Assembly (NCBI GenBank): GCA_965233585.1
Contig: CBDDTI010000193.1
Coordinates: 1 to 24,792 of the forward strand
Source: a bacterium
GTDB lineage: Bacteria > SAR324 > NAC60-12
Length of the DNA: 24,792 bases
Reading direction: 5' to 3'
Part shown: one piece after another, positions 8,297 to 17,700 of the stretch
Layout: each line of letters starts with the position of its first letter
How positions within the stretch are numbered: position 1 is the stretch's first letter
Made by a program: the position numbers and the translations under genes
The notes under the pieces: generated by a model
What the model was told of the DNA's origin: nothing
The model's database searches: none
What the model saw: the letters and a program-made list of their open reading frames with translations, nothing else

Positions 8297-9867
8297 AAAA
8301 GAAACAGGAAGAGGACGTATCCACCATGTTTTTGGTGCCGAAACGAATTTACCTAGCCGTGAGGGAGGTCATTAGCGAAGATGACAAGCTTAATCAATTA
8401 GATCAATTGAATAAAGGTACAAATTATATAGAAGACGCTATTCAATTTAAGCAGCAGAAATCCTACAAGACACAACCGGAAGATTTGAAGAAAACGGTTT
8501 CAACTTTGGTAAATACGTTCAATAACATTGAGCAGCCAGCGCAGATCGAAATAAACTCCTTGCCTGCTCGAAACAGCGAAGAACTCTCGCAAGATGGTTT
8601 TACTTCTGTCCCTCCATCAAGCGGAAGCCAGCTCGATGGTCCTAATTTCATCTTTCCACCTGTAAATCCGACGGAAGCGGAAAACGTAAAACATCAAAAG
8701 GAAATAACGCTTTCGCATCAGGAAATTGCATCGGAAAATTTACTTAATAACGAGCCTCAGCCTCAACATTGCGAACCATCAAACATCGACTTGAAAAAGA
8801 AAAACAACGTTCCGCCAAAACTTAGATGCCCGTTTTGTAACTATGCAACCTACTCAAGGGTATATTTTCTTATGGAACATTTGCGTAATAAACACAACTA
8901 CCGCGCTAGTTTGGAAGAAGAAAGATCAGCAAGAGAAACATTGGAAAAGGCCAAAATTGAGCGCAATTTAAACAAAACCAAGGAACCTTTGCCGTCTTTT
9001 CGCGGCAAAAGAAAAAACATTAGTGTCGAGGATGAAAGCGGCATTCCATTTAAGCGGCGAAAACGTGATTGTTTAACTAAAAATTACGATGAAAATGAAC
9101 CACTTTCGAAATTAAGACGCAATGTAAAAAATAAAAAATTAAATGCAAAACCAACAAAGAAAAAGGTAAAAAAGTCAACTTTTGATGAAAACGAGCCACT
9201 TTCTAAATTAAGACGTCAAGGTGTAAAAACGAAGAAAGAAAAGAAAGAAAAGTCAACTTTTGATGAAAACGAGCCACTTTCTAAATTAAGACGTCAAGGT
9301 GTAAAAACGAAGAAAGAAAAGAAAGAATCAAGAAAATTAACTGTTGATGAAATACCTAATCAAGATGGGAAGCTTTTTAAATTACGAAAAAACCCGTTTT
9401 ACATGAAGCCTTATAAAAAATACAATACGAAGAAAGAAAAGAAAGAATTAAAAAAGTTGACTGTTGATGAAATACTTAAACAGGATGGGAAGCTTTTTAA
9501 ATTACGAAAAAACCCGTTTTACAAGAAGCCTTGTGAAAATTACGATGAAAATGAACCACTTTCGAAATTAAGACGCAATGTAAAAAATAAAAAAATAAAT
9601 GCAAAACCGACAAAGAGAAAGTTAAAAGAGTCGACTTTTGATGAAAACGAGCCACTTTCTAAATTAAGACATCGAGGTGTAAAAACGAAGAAAGAAAAGA
9701 AAGAGTTAAAAAAGTTGACTGATGATGAAATACAGCTTTTTAAATTACGAAAAAACCCATTTTACAAGAAGCCTTATAAAAATTACGATGAAAATGAACC
9801 ACTTTCAAAATTAAGACGCAATAGTAAAAAAAAAACCCGTTTTACAAGAAGCCATTTCCTAAATTGA
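8293..9867 (+). CDS. C2H2 zinc-finger protein with a Lys/Arg-rich repetitive C-terminal half, 524 aa
   Basis: CPFC..H..H finger, six DENEPLSKLR repeats and three LFKLRKNPFY repeats; ATGA overlap with the upstream stop. Confidence 0.75.
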   Translation: MKKKQEEDVSTMFLVPKRIYLAVREVISEDDKLNQLDQLNKGTNYIEDAIQFKQQKSYKTQPEDLKKTVSTLVNTFNNIEQPAQIEINSLPARNSEELSQDGFTSVPPSSGSQLDGPNFIFPPVNPTEAENVKHQKEITLSHQEIASENLLNNEPQPQHCEPSNIDLKKKNNVPPKLRCPFCNYATYSRVYFLMEHLRNKHNYRASLEEERSARETLEKAKIERNLNKTKEPLPSFRGKRKNISVEDESGIPFKRRKRDCLTKNYDENEPLSKLRRNVKNKKLNAKPTKKKVKKSTFDENEPLSKLRRQGVKTKKEKKEKSTFDENEPLSKLRRQGVKTKKEKKESRKLTVDEIPNQDGKLFKLRKNPFYMKPYKKYNTKKEKKELKKLTVDEILKQDGKLFKLRKNPFYKKPCENYDENEPLSKLRRNVKNKKINAKPTKRKLKESTFDENEPLSKLRHRGVKTKKEKKELKKLTDDEIQLFKLRKNPFYKKPYKNYDENEPLSKLRRNSKKKTRFTRSHFLN

Positions 9868-9907
9868 TTGTTAGAAAGTTTTAAGAAAAACAAGATAAAA
9901 AGATAAA

Positions 9908-9913
9908 AATAAA
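9908..9913 (+). terminator. Candidate polyadenylation signal of the plus-strand gene block
   Basis: AATAAA 40 nt after the last stop, followed by T-rich sequence. The context is AT-rich, so chance is possible. Confidence 0.4.
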
Positions 9914-10035
9914 ATTTTCATATTTTTGCAATTTCCTTAACTATTTAGTAACAGCATTCCGTTGAAGTTTATAGCAAAAAAGAAAAGAAAAACCCGAGTT
10001 ATTGAGCACGTTTCTTCGTCTATGGACCGCTGACA

Positions 10036-10095
10036 TTCTGGTGCCTGGATCTAAAATTTCACGCCAGCGTCAAAATTGAGATCCCGGCACCAGAA
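10036..10095. repeat. 60-bp near-perfect palindrome (29-bp arms, 4 mismatches)
   Basis: TTCTGGTGCCTGGATCT...ACGC-CA-GCGT...AGATCCCGGCACCAGAA. Confidence 0.85.
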
Positions 10096-10148
10096 AAAGT
10101 AATGCAGACAAGTAAAATTTTGATGCATGCATGAAATTTTTAGTGCGT

Positions 10149-10460
10149 GCACCAACTTTTTCATGCCTGCATTAGACAGAGCAATGCAGGCACCAAACTT
10201 TTGATGCACGCACCAAACTTCTCATGCCAGCATTAGACAAAGCAATGCAGGCACCAGATTTTTGGTGCACGCGCCAAACTTTTCATGCCAGCATTAGACG
10301 GAGCAATGCAGGCACCAAACTTTTCATGCACGCACCAAACTTTTCATGCCGGCATTAGACGGAGCAATGCAGGCACCAAACTTTTGGTGCACGCACCAAA
10401 TTTTTCATGCCAGCATTAGACACAGCAATGCACGCACCAAACTTTTGGTGCACGCACCAG
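10149..10460. repeat. 61-bp tandem array, about 5 copies, each made of three GCA...TGC mini-palindromes of about 20 bp
   Basis: GCATTAGAC recurs at 10169, 10230, 10291, 10352 and 10413; subunits are GCATT..AATGC, GCACCAAACTTTTGGTGC and GCACCAAACTTTTCATGC. Confidence 0.92.
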
Positions 10461-10734
10461 AAATCGGTGTGCATTCAGATGCTTTTAGATTGAATCAGTT
10501 GACGTTTTGCTTGCAACGAGAACGCATCTAGATGAATTTAGATGAATTTAGAACGCATTTAGATTTTTTTAGATGAATTCGGGCCGAAAACATCTAAAAA
10601 CAGGCTCCCGTCATCCGTCTTGAAGGGAGGGAATTCTTTCTTTGCGGCATATCTACTATACCATGGTAAAGCTGCCTATGGTCAATCCCCAGGGCAATAT
10701 AGCCGTTATCTGCGAATGAGGAAAAAGGACGTAC

Positions 10735-10795
10735 CTGAAGTGAATCCAATGAACAAGGCTACAACGAGAGCTGAAGCTAAGTTAACCCTTGTCAT
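10735..10795 (-). CDS. Candidate first coding exon (signal peptide) of a host gene
   Basis: CAAAATG start, MTRVNLASALVVALFIGFTS (20 codons), then a phase-1 donor G|GTACGT at 10734. Short, so chance cannot be excluded. Confidence 0.45.
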
Positions 10796-11299
10796 TTTGA
10801 CAATGAATGCAGGCAAACTGGATTTATTTCAGATATTCCAATCAAATACAACTTCAAGTCCGTAAATGCGTAGCACAAACCAAAGGGTAGACATTAGAAT
10901 CATACACCTTTTACTAATAAGCCCTTATAGCTGGCTACCACGCACCCTAAATTCTGGGGCCAACATATATCATATGTGCAGCATATGGTGCTCTCGCTCT
11001 AGGAGAAATTAAAGGAAGTCAATCCATTATAAAAAGTGCAAAACCCAAATATTAAACCCATAGATAGGTGACTCAACAGTCTTTCATTTCATTCAATCAA
11101 TTTTCATCTTTAAAAGAAAAGAGGCACGATTTTTTTGTGTCAATGGGAAGCTTTCAATACCAAGACAACATATGCCCCTGCTTTTAACAATGAATTCGGA
11201 AATTTCATTTTATGGCAATTTTTCTGAACAGGGTTGGTGCATTTGACAGCCAGCACCATAGATATATTATACTCATAGATGAGCAGGCAAAAAGCTTTT

Positions 11300-11745
11300 C
11301 TGGGGTATCTTAGAAATAGCCGAGAGATGAACATCACAAATTCTTGGATCTTTCTTGCATTAAGAATATCAGATCTATTCAGCTGATATAGATGCAACAC
11401 AGGAAGATAAAAGAAGGATAGATATTTACTTTATTCAAGAATTTGTGATATTCATCTCTCGGTCCCATGCACCAGGCTAGGTAATGTCTCTGTTGGCTAC
11501 CCCACCATGCACAAGTCGCCTGCCTGGGGTATCTTGGAAAAGCTAGAGAGATCTTATAAATCTTGTAAAATGTGGATGACTGCTATGATAAAAAGGTAAA
11601 ATAGAGCACACCATACTGAACAGGTTTGACATGCTTAATAGAAGAAGGATAAATACTTACCTTATTCAAAAATTTGTGATATCAATGCACTAGGCTGACT
11701 AACATCTCTCCCGAGCAGCTGCTGTCTAACCCAACATGCACAAGG
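11300..11745. repeat. Degenerate duplication (period about 225-230 bp) containing a 27-bp inverted repeat; possible MITE/transposon remnant
   Basis: 11320-11346 and 11436-11462 are inverted (26/27). The blocks CTGGGGTATCTT, AGAAGGATA..TTATTCAA.AATTTGTGATAT and CATGCACAAG each occur twice. Confidence 0.6.
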
Positions 11746-12391
11746 CTCTCCTTTTCCTCTAAGTATATAATAGTACTCTGTGATCAGGCCCCAGCACAGA
11801 CTGGCCCCAAATGACAGTTATTTTTCAAAAAAACGTATTTTCATAAGCTTAAGTCATTTAAACAAGTTGTATTTGACAATTAGAAATATTAACAGAATTA
11901 GCACAGACAATTTACATGGAATTTGTGTGGTTTTAATGCTTGCCCCAACAAACAACAAGGTTATAAAAGACCAACAGACAATCCGACTATAAAAATCCAC
12001 AGTTAATATCATAGCTGGGACGGTTTTTTTGAATGGGTAGGATTCAGTTTTGAAGGTTCAGATGGGTGGGTCATTTTTTCTCCCTGGGAAGAGGGTTACT
12101 TCTCACTTAAAAATAGGGCTGTATTAAGATTACCCTCCTATATAAAAGGCTATTACTATCTCAAAGGTTTATTATGACTTTTCTCTGTAATACTTCACTT
12201 GCGACCATCTATATTTTATGATACTACACGCATATGACTTTAAAGTTTTTGCAGTGCCCAAGCACTGTTTTAAGTTAAAACAATGTTACTGATATGCGGA
12301 TATGTCTGTCAGTCAGTGCATTATGTGCATTTTGCAAAGCCTTTTAATTGCTCTTCAATGCTGCCACCTTGGTGATTTTTTTACTTTGGTC

Positions 12392-12775
12392 TGAAAGGAC
12401 CAGCTTTCTCAGCTAATAAAATTGAAGAGAGCCTTATGACATTTAAGTGAATATTTAAGTGTATAAATAATGTGACTCATTATGCTTATAACAACCGCCA
12501 ATTTTCAATTTTCCCTTCAAAGAAAAGAAGGCAGATGTACTTCTTTCCTCCTAACTACAGTTAACTATCGATAACCCTTGCGGGGGTTAAAGTCTCATGA
12601 TTGTCATGCAGGAGGTGGTTAATAGATCCACTTCCGCCATATTTTTTCCTATGTCTTTTATGTTGATAATACTTTACTTCGTAGTTAAAATTTAGAAATA
12701 AATTCAGTCTTATGCAAGCATTAAAGGATCAAGGTCTTCATCCTTATGTTAAGATTATAACTCCTCGACCTTTCA
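12392..12775 (+). mobile_element. Isolated LTR-like sequence (384 bp) related to the LTR at 13529-14710
   Basis: Starts TGAAAGGACCAG and ends CGACCTTTCA (inverted termini). Shares ACTTCGTA, GAAATAAATTCAG and CGACCTTTCA with the downstream LTR. No matching TSD, PBS or PPT is seen. Confidence 0.55.
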
Positions 12776-12905
12776 TTAAAAGTCTCCTGGATTTAAGGAG
12801 GCAATTACTGTATTCAAAGGAAATAATTTAAACCATTGAATGACAGTTAAAATGATTAAATTAAATTTATTTATTAAATTAAAAGCATGGACTTCTGGGT
12901 CATGT

Positions 12906-13454
12906 TTAACAGATAGGAAATTCGGCAATGGTAAGGGACACAGCGGAAGGGCAATCCTCCGGGAAGGCGAAGTCGCTGAGTTCATTGTCGGCAAATCACT
13001 TAACTCTCTGAGGAGAGGTTGTTCAGGTAGTAGTCGCTTTTGGGGTTCTTGGCCTCAGAAGAGGTGATGAAGGACGGTCCGGACCTCTGGAAATAGTGCG
13101 AACTTTTCTGTTGTATATGAAAGGGTGAGCTTTATGGTCGTGTTTGAAAGCACGAGCTTTTTGGTCGCGGTTGATAGGGAGGAAGTTCAACTCTCCAAAG
13201 AGGGGTGAGGCTGTTCGTGTAGTCATCGCTGAAGGGGTTGTTGGCCTTATAGGGGTCGACAAAGAGCAGTCCGGATGTCCGGAAATCATGCGAACTTTTT
13301 GGTCGTATATGAAAGTTGGATTGGCCTTGAAAATAACCTCATCATCCTGACAGTTGGTCATTATATCCTTTGCCAGCTCCTTTAGCAGACATATTAAGTC
13401 TTAAAGTCGGCTTGACGTCCGGCTTGTGTCGGGTAGTTGTTCTTCAGCTGCCAT
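12906..13454 (-). pseudogene. Decayed intronless gene (183 codons, three in-frame stops), unknown product
   Basis: TATATA about 40 nt upstream, AAAATCATGG start, a single frame MAAEEQLP...EFPIC-stop that includes track ORF 13023..13361, an internal repeat FIY(D/N).KVR.IS..PD, and AATAAA just downstream. Confidence 0.5.
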
Positions 13455-13766
13455 GATTTTGACTGCCCCCTACTCAGAGGTCTCTTCAGCTATATAACTA
13501 ATCTTTTTTTTATCAAAGTTACTTCAATTGAAGGGGCCAGGTTAATTACTTAAATTTTATGTTCATAAAATTCCCCTTCTCAAAAAATGTGTTTTTCCTT
13601 CTTCTTTTTGTGCTTGCTAAAGCGACGCCCCAATTAACCGACATGAACCGGTCTGGTGAAAGTCAACTCCCAATTCCTGAGAACTGTTCTCCTTCTCTCG
13701 ACAGGGGTCGCCCATCTAAGCACTTACCACAGAAGTCCACGCCTAGCTACGTTGCCTTGTTGTCAT

Positions 13767-13932
13767 GTTATGTATTAATTTCGTAAACGCATAATTGGAT
13801 ATTTTGCCTCCCACTTTTGCGAGTCCCAACTCGCATTCGCAAAACTTGTTTTCACTTCGTAAAATATGAAGTGAAATAAATTCAGAATAGATTTAGCTTT
13901 CACTGTTCAAAGTCGTACGTTATTTCTATACT
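13767..13932. repeat. 166-bp direct repeat, copy 1
   Basis: Identical by eye to 14515-14680. Confidence 0.95.
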
Positions 13933-14514
13933 GTTTTAGAAGTGGGGTAATCCCCAGTGTTTCCACTTGCCTCCGGGCTTTTGACCCATTGGAGGTCTAG
14001 GGATGCTCCATACCCCACTTGACCATCACCTCACCCTTGGTCAACAGGTTGTGTTCCAGTCGCTGGAATTACAGGAGGTGCCAATCTCCCCACAAAGGTT
14101 GTCGTCTCGCTCTTGCCAGTAAGTTAATCATCAGAGAGAAACCTAGGCTCTCACCCAAGTAGGCTGATTCAGAGCCTGCAACAAGCAACACCCCCATTCA
14201 GATGCTCTTTGTATTCCCAGGTCTTACTTACATGACAACCTTCCCTCCTCTTTTCCAACCTTGGCCCACGGCTGGGAAGTACCACTCTACACTTTTTCCT
14301 ACCAAACCCCTGAGTGTGTCACTGCCCGCTGGTGCATGCATAATGTCAATTGCAGGCTCTGACCCTATTGATCAGCCTTCAACCAGAGTCCACATCCCCA
14401 GTGCAGGGTGAAAACACTGGGTATATGGTTGGCCCCGGGATTCGAACCCAGGACCTCTCCGACGAAAGCTTAGCGCCTTACCGCTCTGAGCTATCCAGAC
14501 AACCCCCAGACAAA
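13933..14514 (-). mobile_element. tRNA-headed SINE-like insertion, 582 bp
   Basis: The minus strand has an A box TAGCTCAGAGCGG (14493-14481) and a B box GGTTCGAATCC (14448-14438), then a GC-richer structured body. It sits between the two 166-bp copies; no poly(A) or microsatellite tail is seen. Confidence 0.75.
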
Positions 14515-14680
14515 GTTATGTATTAATTTCGTAAACGCATAATTGGATATTTTGCCTCCCACTTTTGCGAGTCCCAACTCGCATTCGCAAAACTTGTTTT
14601 CACTTCGTAAAATATGAAGTGAAATAAATTCAGAATAGATTTAGCTTTCACTGTTCAAAGTCGTACGTTATTTCTATACT
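14515..14680. repeat. 166-bp direct repeat, copy 2
   Basis: Identical by eye to 13767-13932. Confidence 0.95.
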
Positions 14681-14712
14681 TGGTAGATATAAAAACCTCC
14701 CGACCTTTCACG

Positions 14713-14724
14713 TGGTGGCAGGCG
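14713..14724 (+). other. Primer-binding site, probably tRNA-Leu
   Basis: TGGTGGCAG is complementary to the CTGCCACCA 3' end typical of eukaryotic tRNA-Leu(AAG); it lies 2 nt after the LTR-terminal CA. Confidence 0.6.
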
Positions 14725-14767
14725 AACCCGTTCCGGGGGGTACAAGCCCTTGGGTTAATACCCAATT

Positions 14768-17700
14768 ATGCAACGGGATGATGACCCCGTAGCTGGCGCC
14801 AAAGCAGCCGGACCTAGCACGATATCAGACGTACTAGCTACTTTGCAGCTATCTGATGACTCAGAAGCCCAGGTAACCTCTTTTGTTGATTCTCTCGCGC
14901 AGGGTCTAAGCGGACCTCGCTTCAGAAAATTATTAACCTATATCCTCAAATTGGTGGAACTAAATAGGTCTAAATATGAAACACTCCGATCGGAGCAAGC
15001 ACGATTTATTGATCTAGCAACTTCAAATAGGGACGAGCTAAATCAGATTTTAACAGTATTACAGGAACGATTGCCACCTGTGGCTCCAGTTCCTAGGGTT
15101 CCTGCAGTGCCAGCAGTGGCAACGCAACCTTTTCAGGCTCCACTTCCTGCAGTGCCAGCAATGGCTACGCAGCCCTCACAGGCAACACTGCCTAATATAC
15201 CAGCTGTGGCACCCCAGGTCTCACAATCAACCGAGCCACCAGCCCCTATGGCTCCGGCTTCTGCACCTGTGCAGCCCTCAGCCTTCCAGGCAGTTCCTCC
15301 ACCATCAGCCCCTCAGGCTGCAGGTATGGGATATTTCGCAGCTCCTGCGACGTTTACTCCCTCCATTCCAAATCAAGACGGAACCGTCTCACGCCGAATG
15401 GATCAAGTTGGTAATAACGTCATTGTTACCTTTTCTGGTGACGACGAGATGGCCTCTAAAAAAGCCAAACTTTTCAGATCCTCCGCGAAGTACGACATTT
15501 TTACAGGTCAAGACATGAGCAAATTTCCCGAATGGGTTGCGCAGTTCTTGTCTGGGGTTAATTTATTCCAACCAACTGAACCGAATGCTTGCAGAATTGC
15601 ATTACATTTACTTAGAGACAAAGCCGCAGAAATGTCGAAAAATGTCTCTCAACAGGTTACGATGCGAAATTTGCAGGAACTCCTGACAACTCTCGATCGA
15701 ATTTTTAATACTTCGGGCAACAGAATTGTTGCAGTCGGTCTCTTTAACAGCTTTACTCAGCGCGAAGATATGCCTGTACAAGACTATGCTATTCGAATTG
15801 AGCAATTGTTTTATCGAGCCTATCCCGGTATGAACCCTGACTTGTCTATTTTTCTTATGGATCGATTCATTAATGGACTAATTTCAACGGACGTTAAGCA
15901 GCGATTACGGATACCACCTCAGCCGAGTTATTTGCGTGAAGCGGTTGAAAAAGCCATGTCACTAACCGCAGCAATTTACCATGGGGACCAAATAATGAAA
16001 CAACGTTCCATGGCATGGAAAATGGCGGCATCTGCCAGCAATCCATTAAACACCAAATCATCTAAGAATCCCAGGGGACACATTCAGATGATCGAAACAC
16101 CAGAAGACACTCCAGCCACAGTGCAAGTGATTCGTAAGTGGTGTACTCTGCATAAAACAGACAAACACTCGAATGCTGATTGTAGAGCGCAAAAGGAAAC
16201 TGCTCCCTCCAGCACCGCAACCGCAACCGCGTCCAAGAAATGTCCCAAGGGATCCGAGAAGCGAAAAGCTAAATCCCGAAAATTGAGATTTAAGTCAACC
16301 TCTGACAAAAAGAAATTCCTACGTTCTATAGAGGATACAGAAGGGGTTTCCCTCGAGAGTGCCAGCTCAGACGATGAAGACGTTGTCGAACAAAGCCTCA
16401 TGCAATTGGATCCTGTTTCTGGTGGAACAACGGATGAAGAAGAGGAAGGCGAGCTCCATATACTCATGTTGGACCCCGACTCATTACTCGATGACCCCGA
16501 CATAAATATGGATAGCGTCTTTTTGGATCCTAGCGCTTCAACCGAAGCTTTGGATTCTGGGGTAAGCGGTATCAGATTGGAAGGGGAAAAAGCGGACTCT
16601 CCGATGTCAATGAAGGCAGGATGCAGCTCTTCAGGATTCAGTCCATTAGACACTGCTCTCTTGAACACAGCCATGAATACTCCTGTCGCTCCCGTTCCCA
16701 CTGTTAAGGATGAGAAGAATCCCTTCTCTCCGGAACAATATCCTAACGTTGAAGAAGATATGTTCCCTCCTTTGGCTTCCAACATTATCAATCCCGAAGC
16801 CAGCGCCGTCGAGTCCTTACCCAACCAGAATTATCTTCTCTTTGGAGTTTACTACCAGCCGGTACCACCTCCTCATAATGTGGTTGTCACCCACTCTACG
16901 GTCCCCAGGCCGGACTTGGTTCCCGCACCTTTAGGACCATTACTGAATGTTCACCTTCCTGTAGCTGCATCCGAGATTCCTCTGCCTGCTACAGCTACGG
17001 ACACTGAGACGAACGGATCCGACCTCTCCGTCCCTTTGGTCGAAGTCGCCCCCACTTCAGCTGCAATTGCTGACACCGCCGCCAAAACTCCAGCAAACCC
17101 TGACCCCAAAGAAGACAAGGAGTTTGCTGTCCCGAAGGAACCTTCCTCCAGCGGGTCAACGAAAACTCATAGAAAGGCTAGGCCTAGGTCCCGCTCCTCG
17201 TCCTCTCCCAACTCTGAACCTTCCCAGGCTCCTCGACCTCAAGGAGTCAGTCCTTCCGACTCCTTAACGAACGCCAAGCGAGTCCGCGGCATCGGCCGAG
17301 GAAAAGCAAAGGAAGCGGCCAACGTGATGCCTATGCCCTCGTCAAATCTTCTAACGGGAGCAGTTGCCCTGGAAAACATCAGGATTACTGTCCCTACCGG
17401 AGGCGGCTCTAGGAAGATCGAAATTGTCCCGGATTATCCTGCCAATATTGGCCACCTGGCCAAACTGGAAGATGAAACCAGAGGACAAGAGGAAGTCCAA
17501 CTCTCTTCCGCCATGAAGACCAACTTCACGGTTCAGCTCCCTCCTTCCGACTCCTTAACGAACGCCAAGCAAGTCCGCGGCGTCGGCCGAGGAAAAGCAA
17601 AGGAAGCGGCCAACGTGATGCCTATGCCCTCGTCAAATCTTCTAACGGGAGCAGTTGCCCTGGAAAACATCAGGATTACTGTCCCTACCGGAGGCGGCTC

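Larger units (their letters stand above)
1..10657. mobile_element. Polinton/Maverick-like (adintovirus-like) element, right-hand part; left end outside the window
   Basis: Protein-primed PolB next to an A32-like packaging ATPase and a QxGG small protein in compact virus-like order, followed by a palindrome/tandem-repeat block and a candidate ...TCTACT terminus at 10657. The right boundary is inferred. Confidence 0.85.
13529..14710 (+). mobile_element. 5' LTR of a Ty3/Gypsy-like element (434 bp after removing the insert and one duplicate copy)
   Basis: TGAAGGGG...CCTTTCA termini, internal AATAAA, followed after 2 nt by TGGTGGCAG and then gag. Confidence 0.7.

Noticed and set aside
10149..10460. 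CRISPR-like array of palindromic repeats
   Set aside because: The intervening sequences are themselves repeated rather than unique spacers, there are no cas genes, and the context is eukaryotic.
10346..12000. Short ORFs 10346-10531, 10620-10865, 11140-11400 and 11780-11992
   Set aside because: They are repeat-derived or non-ATG, under 90 aa, and have no recognisable motifs.
14120..14140. Hammerhead ribozyme core (CTGATGA on the minus strand)
   Set aside because: No suitably placed GAAA or stem II/III was found.
14426..14505. Functional tRNA gene on the minus strand
   Set aside because: A and B boxes are present, but the acceptor and anticodon stems do not pair properly and no oligo-T terminator follows; it fits a SINE head better.
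16546..16570. ALDSGVS as an aspartic-protease active site in the long gag ORF
   Set aside because: It sits in acidic low-complexity sequence with no downstream ILG-type motif.
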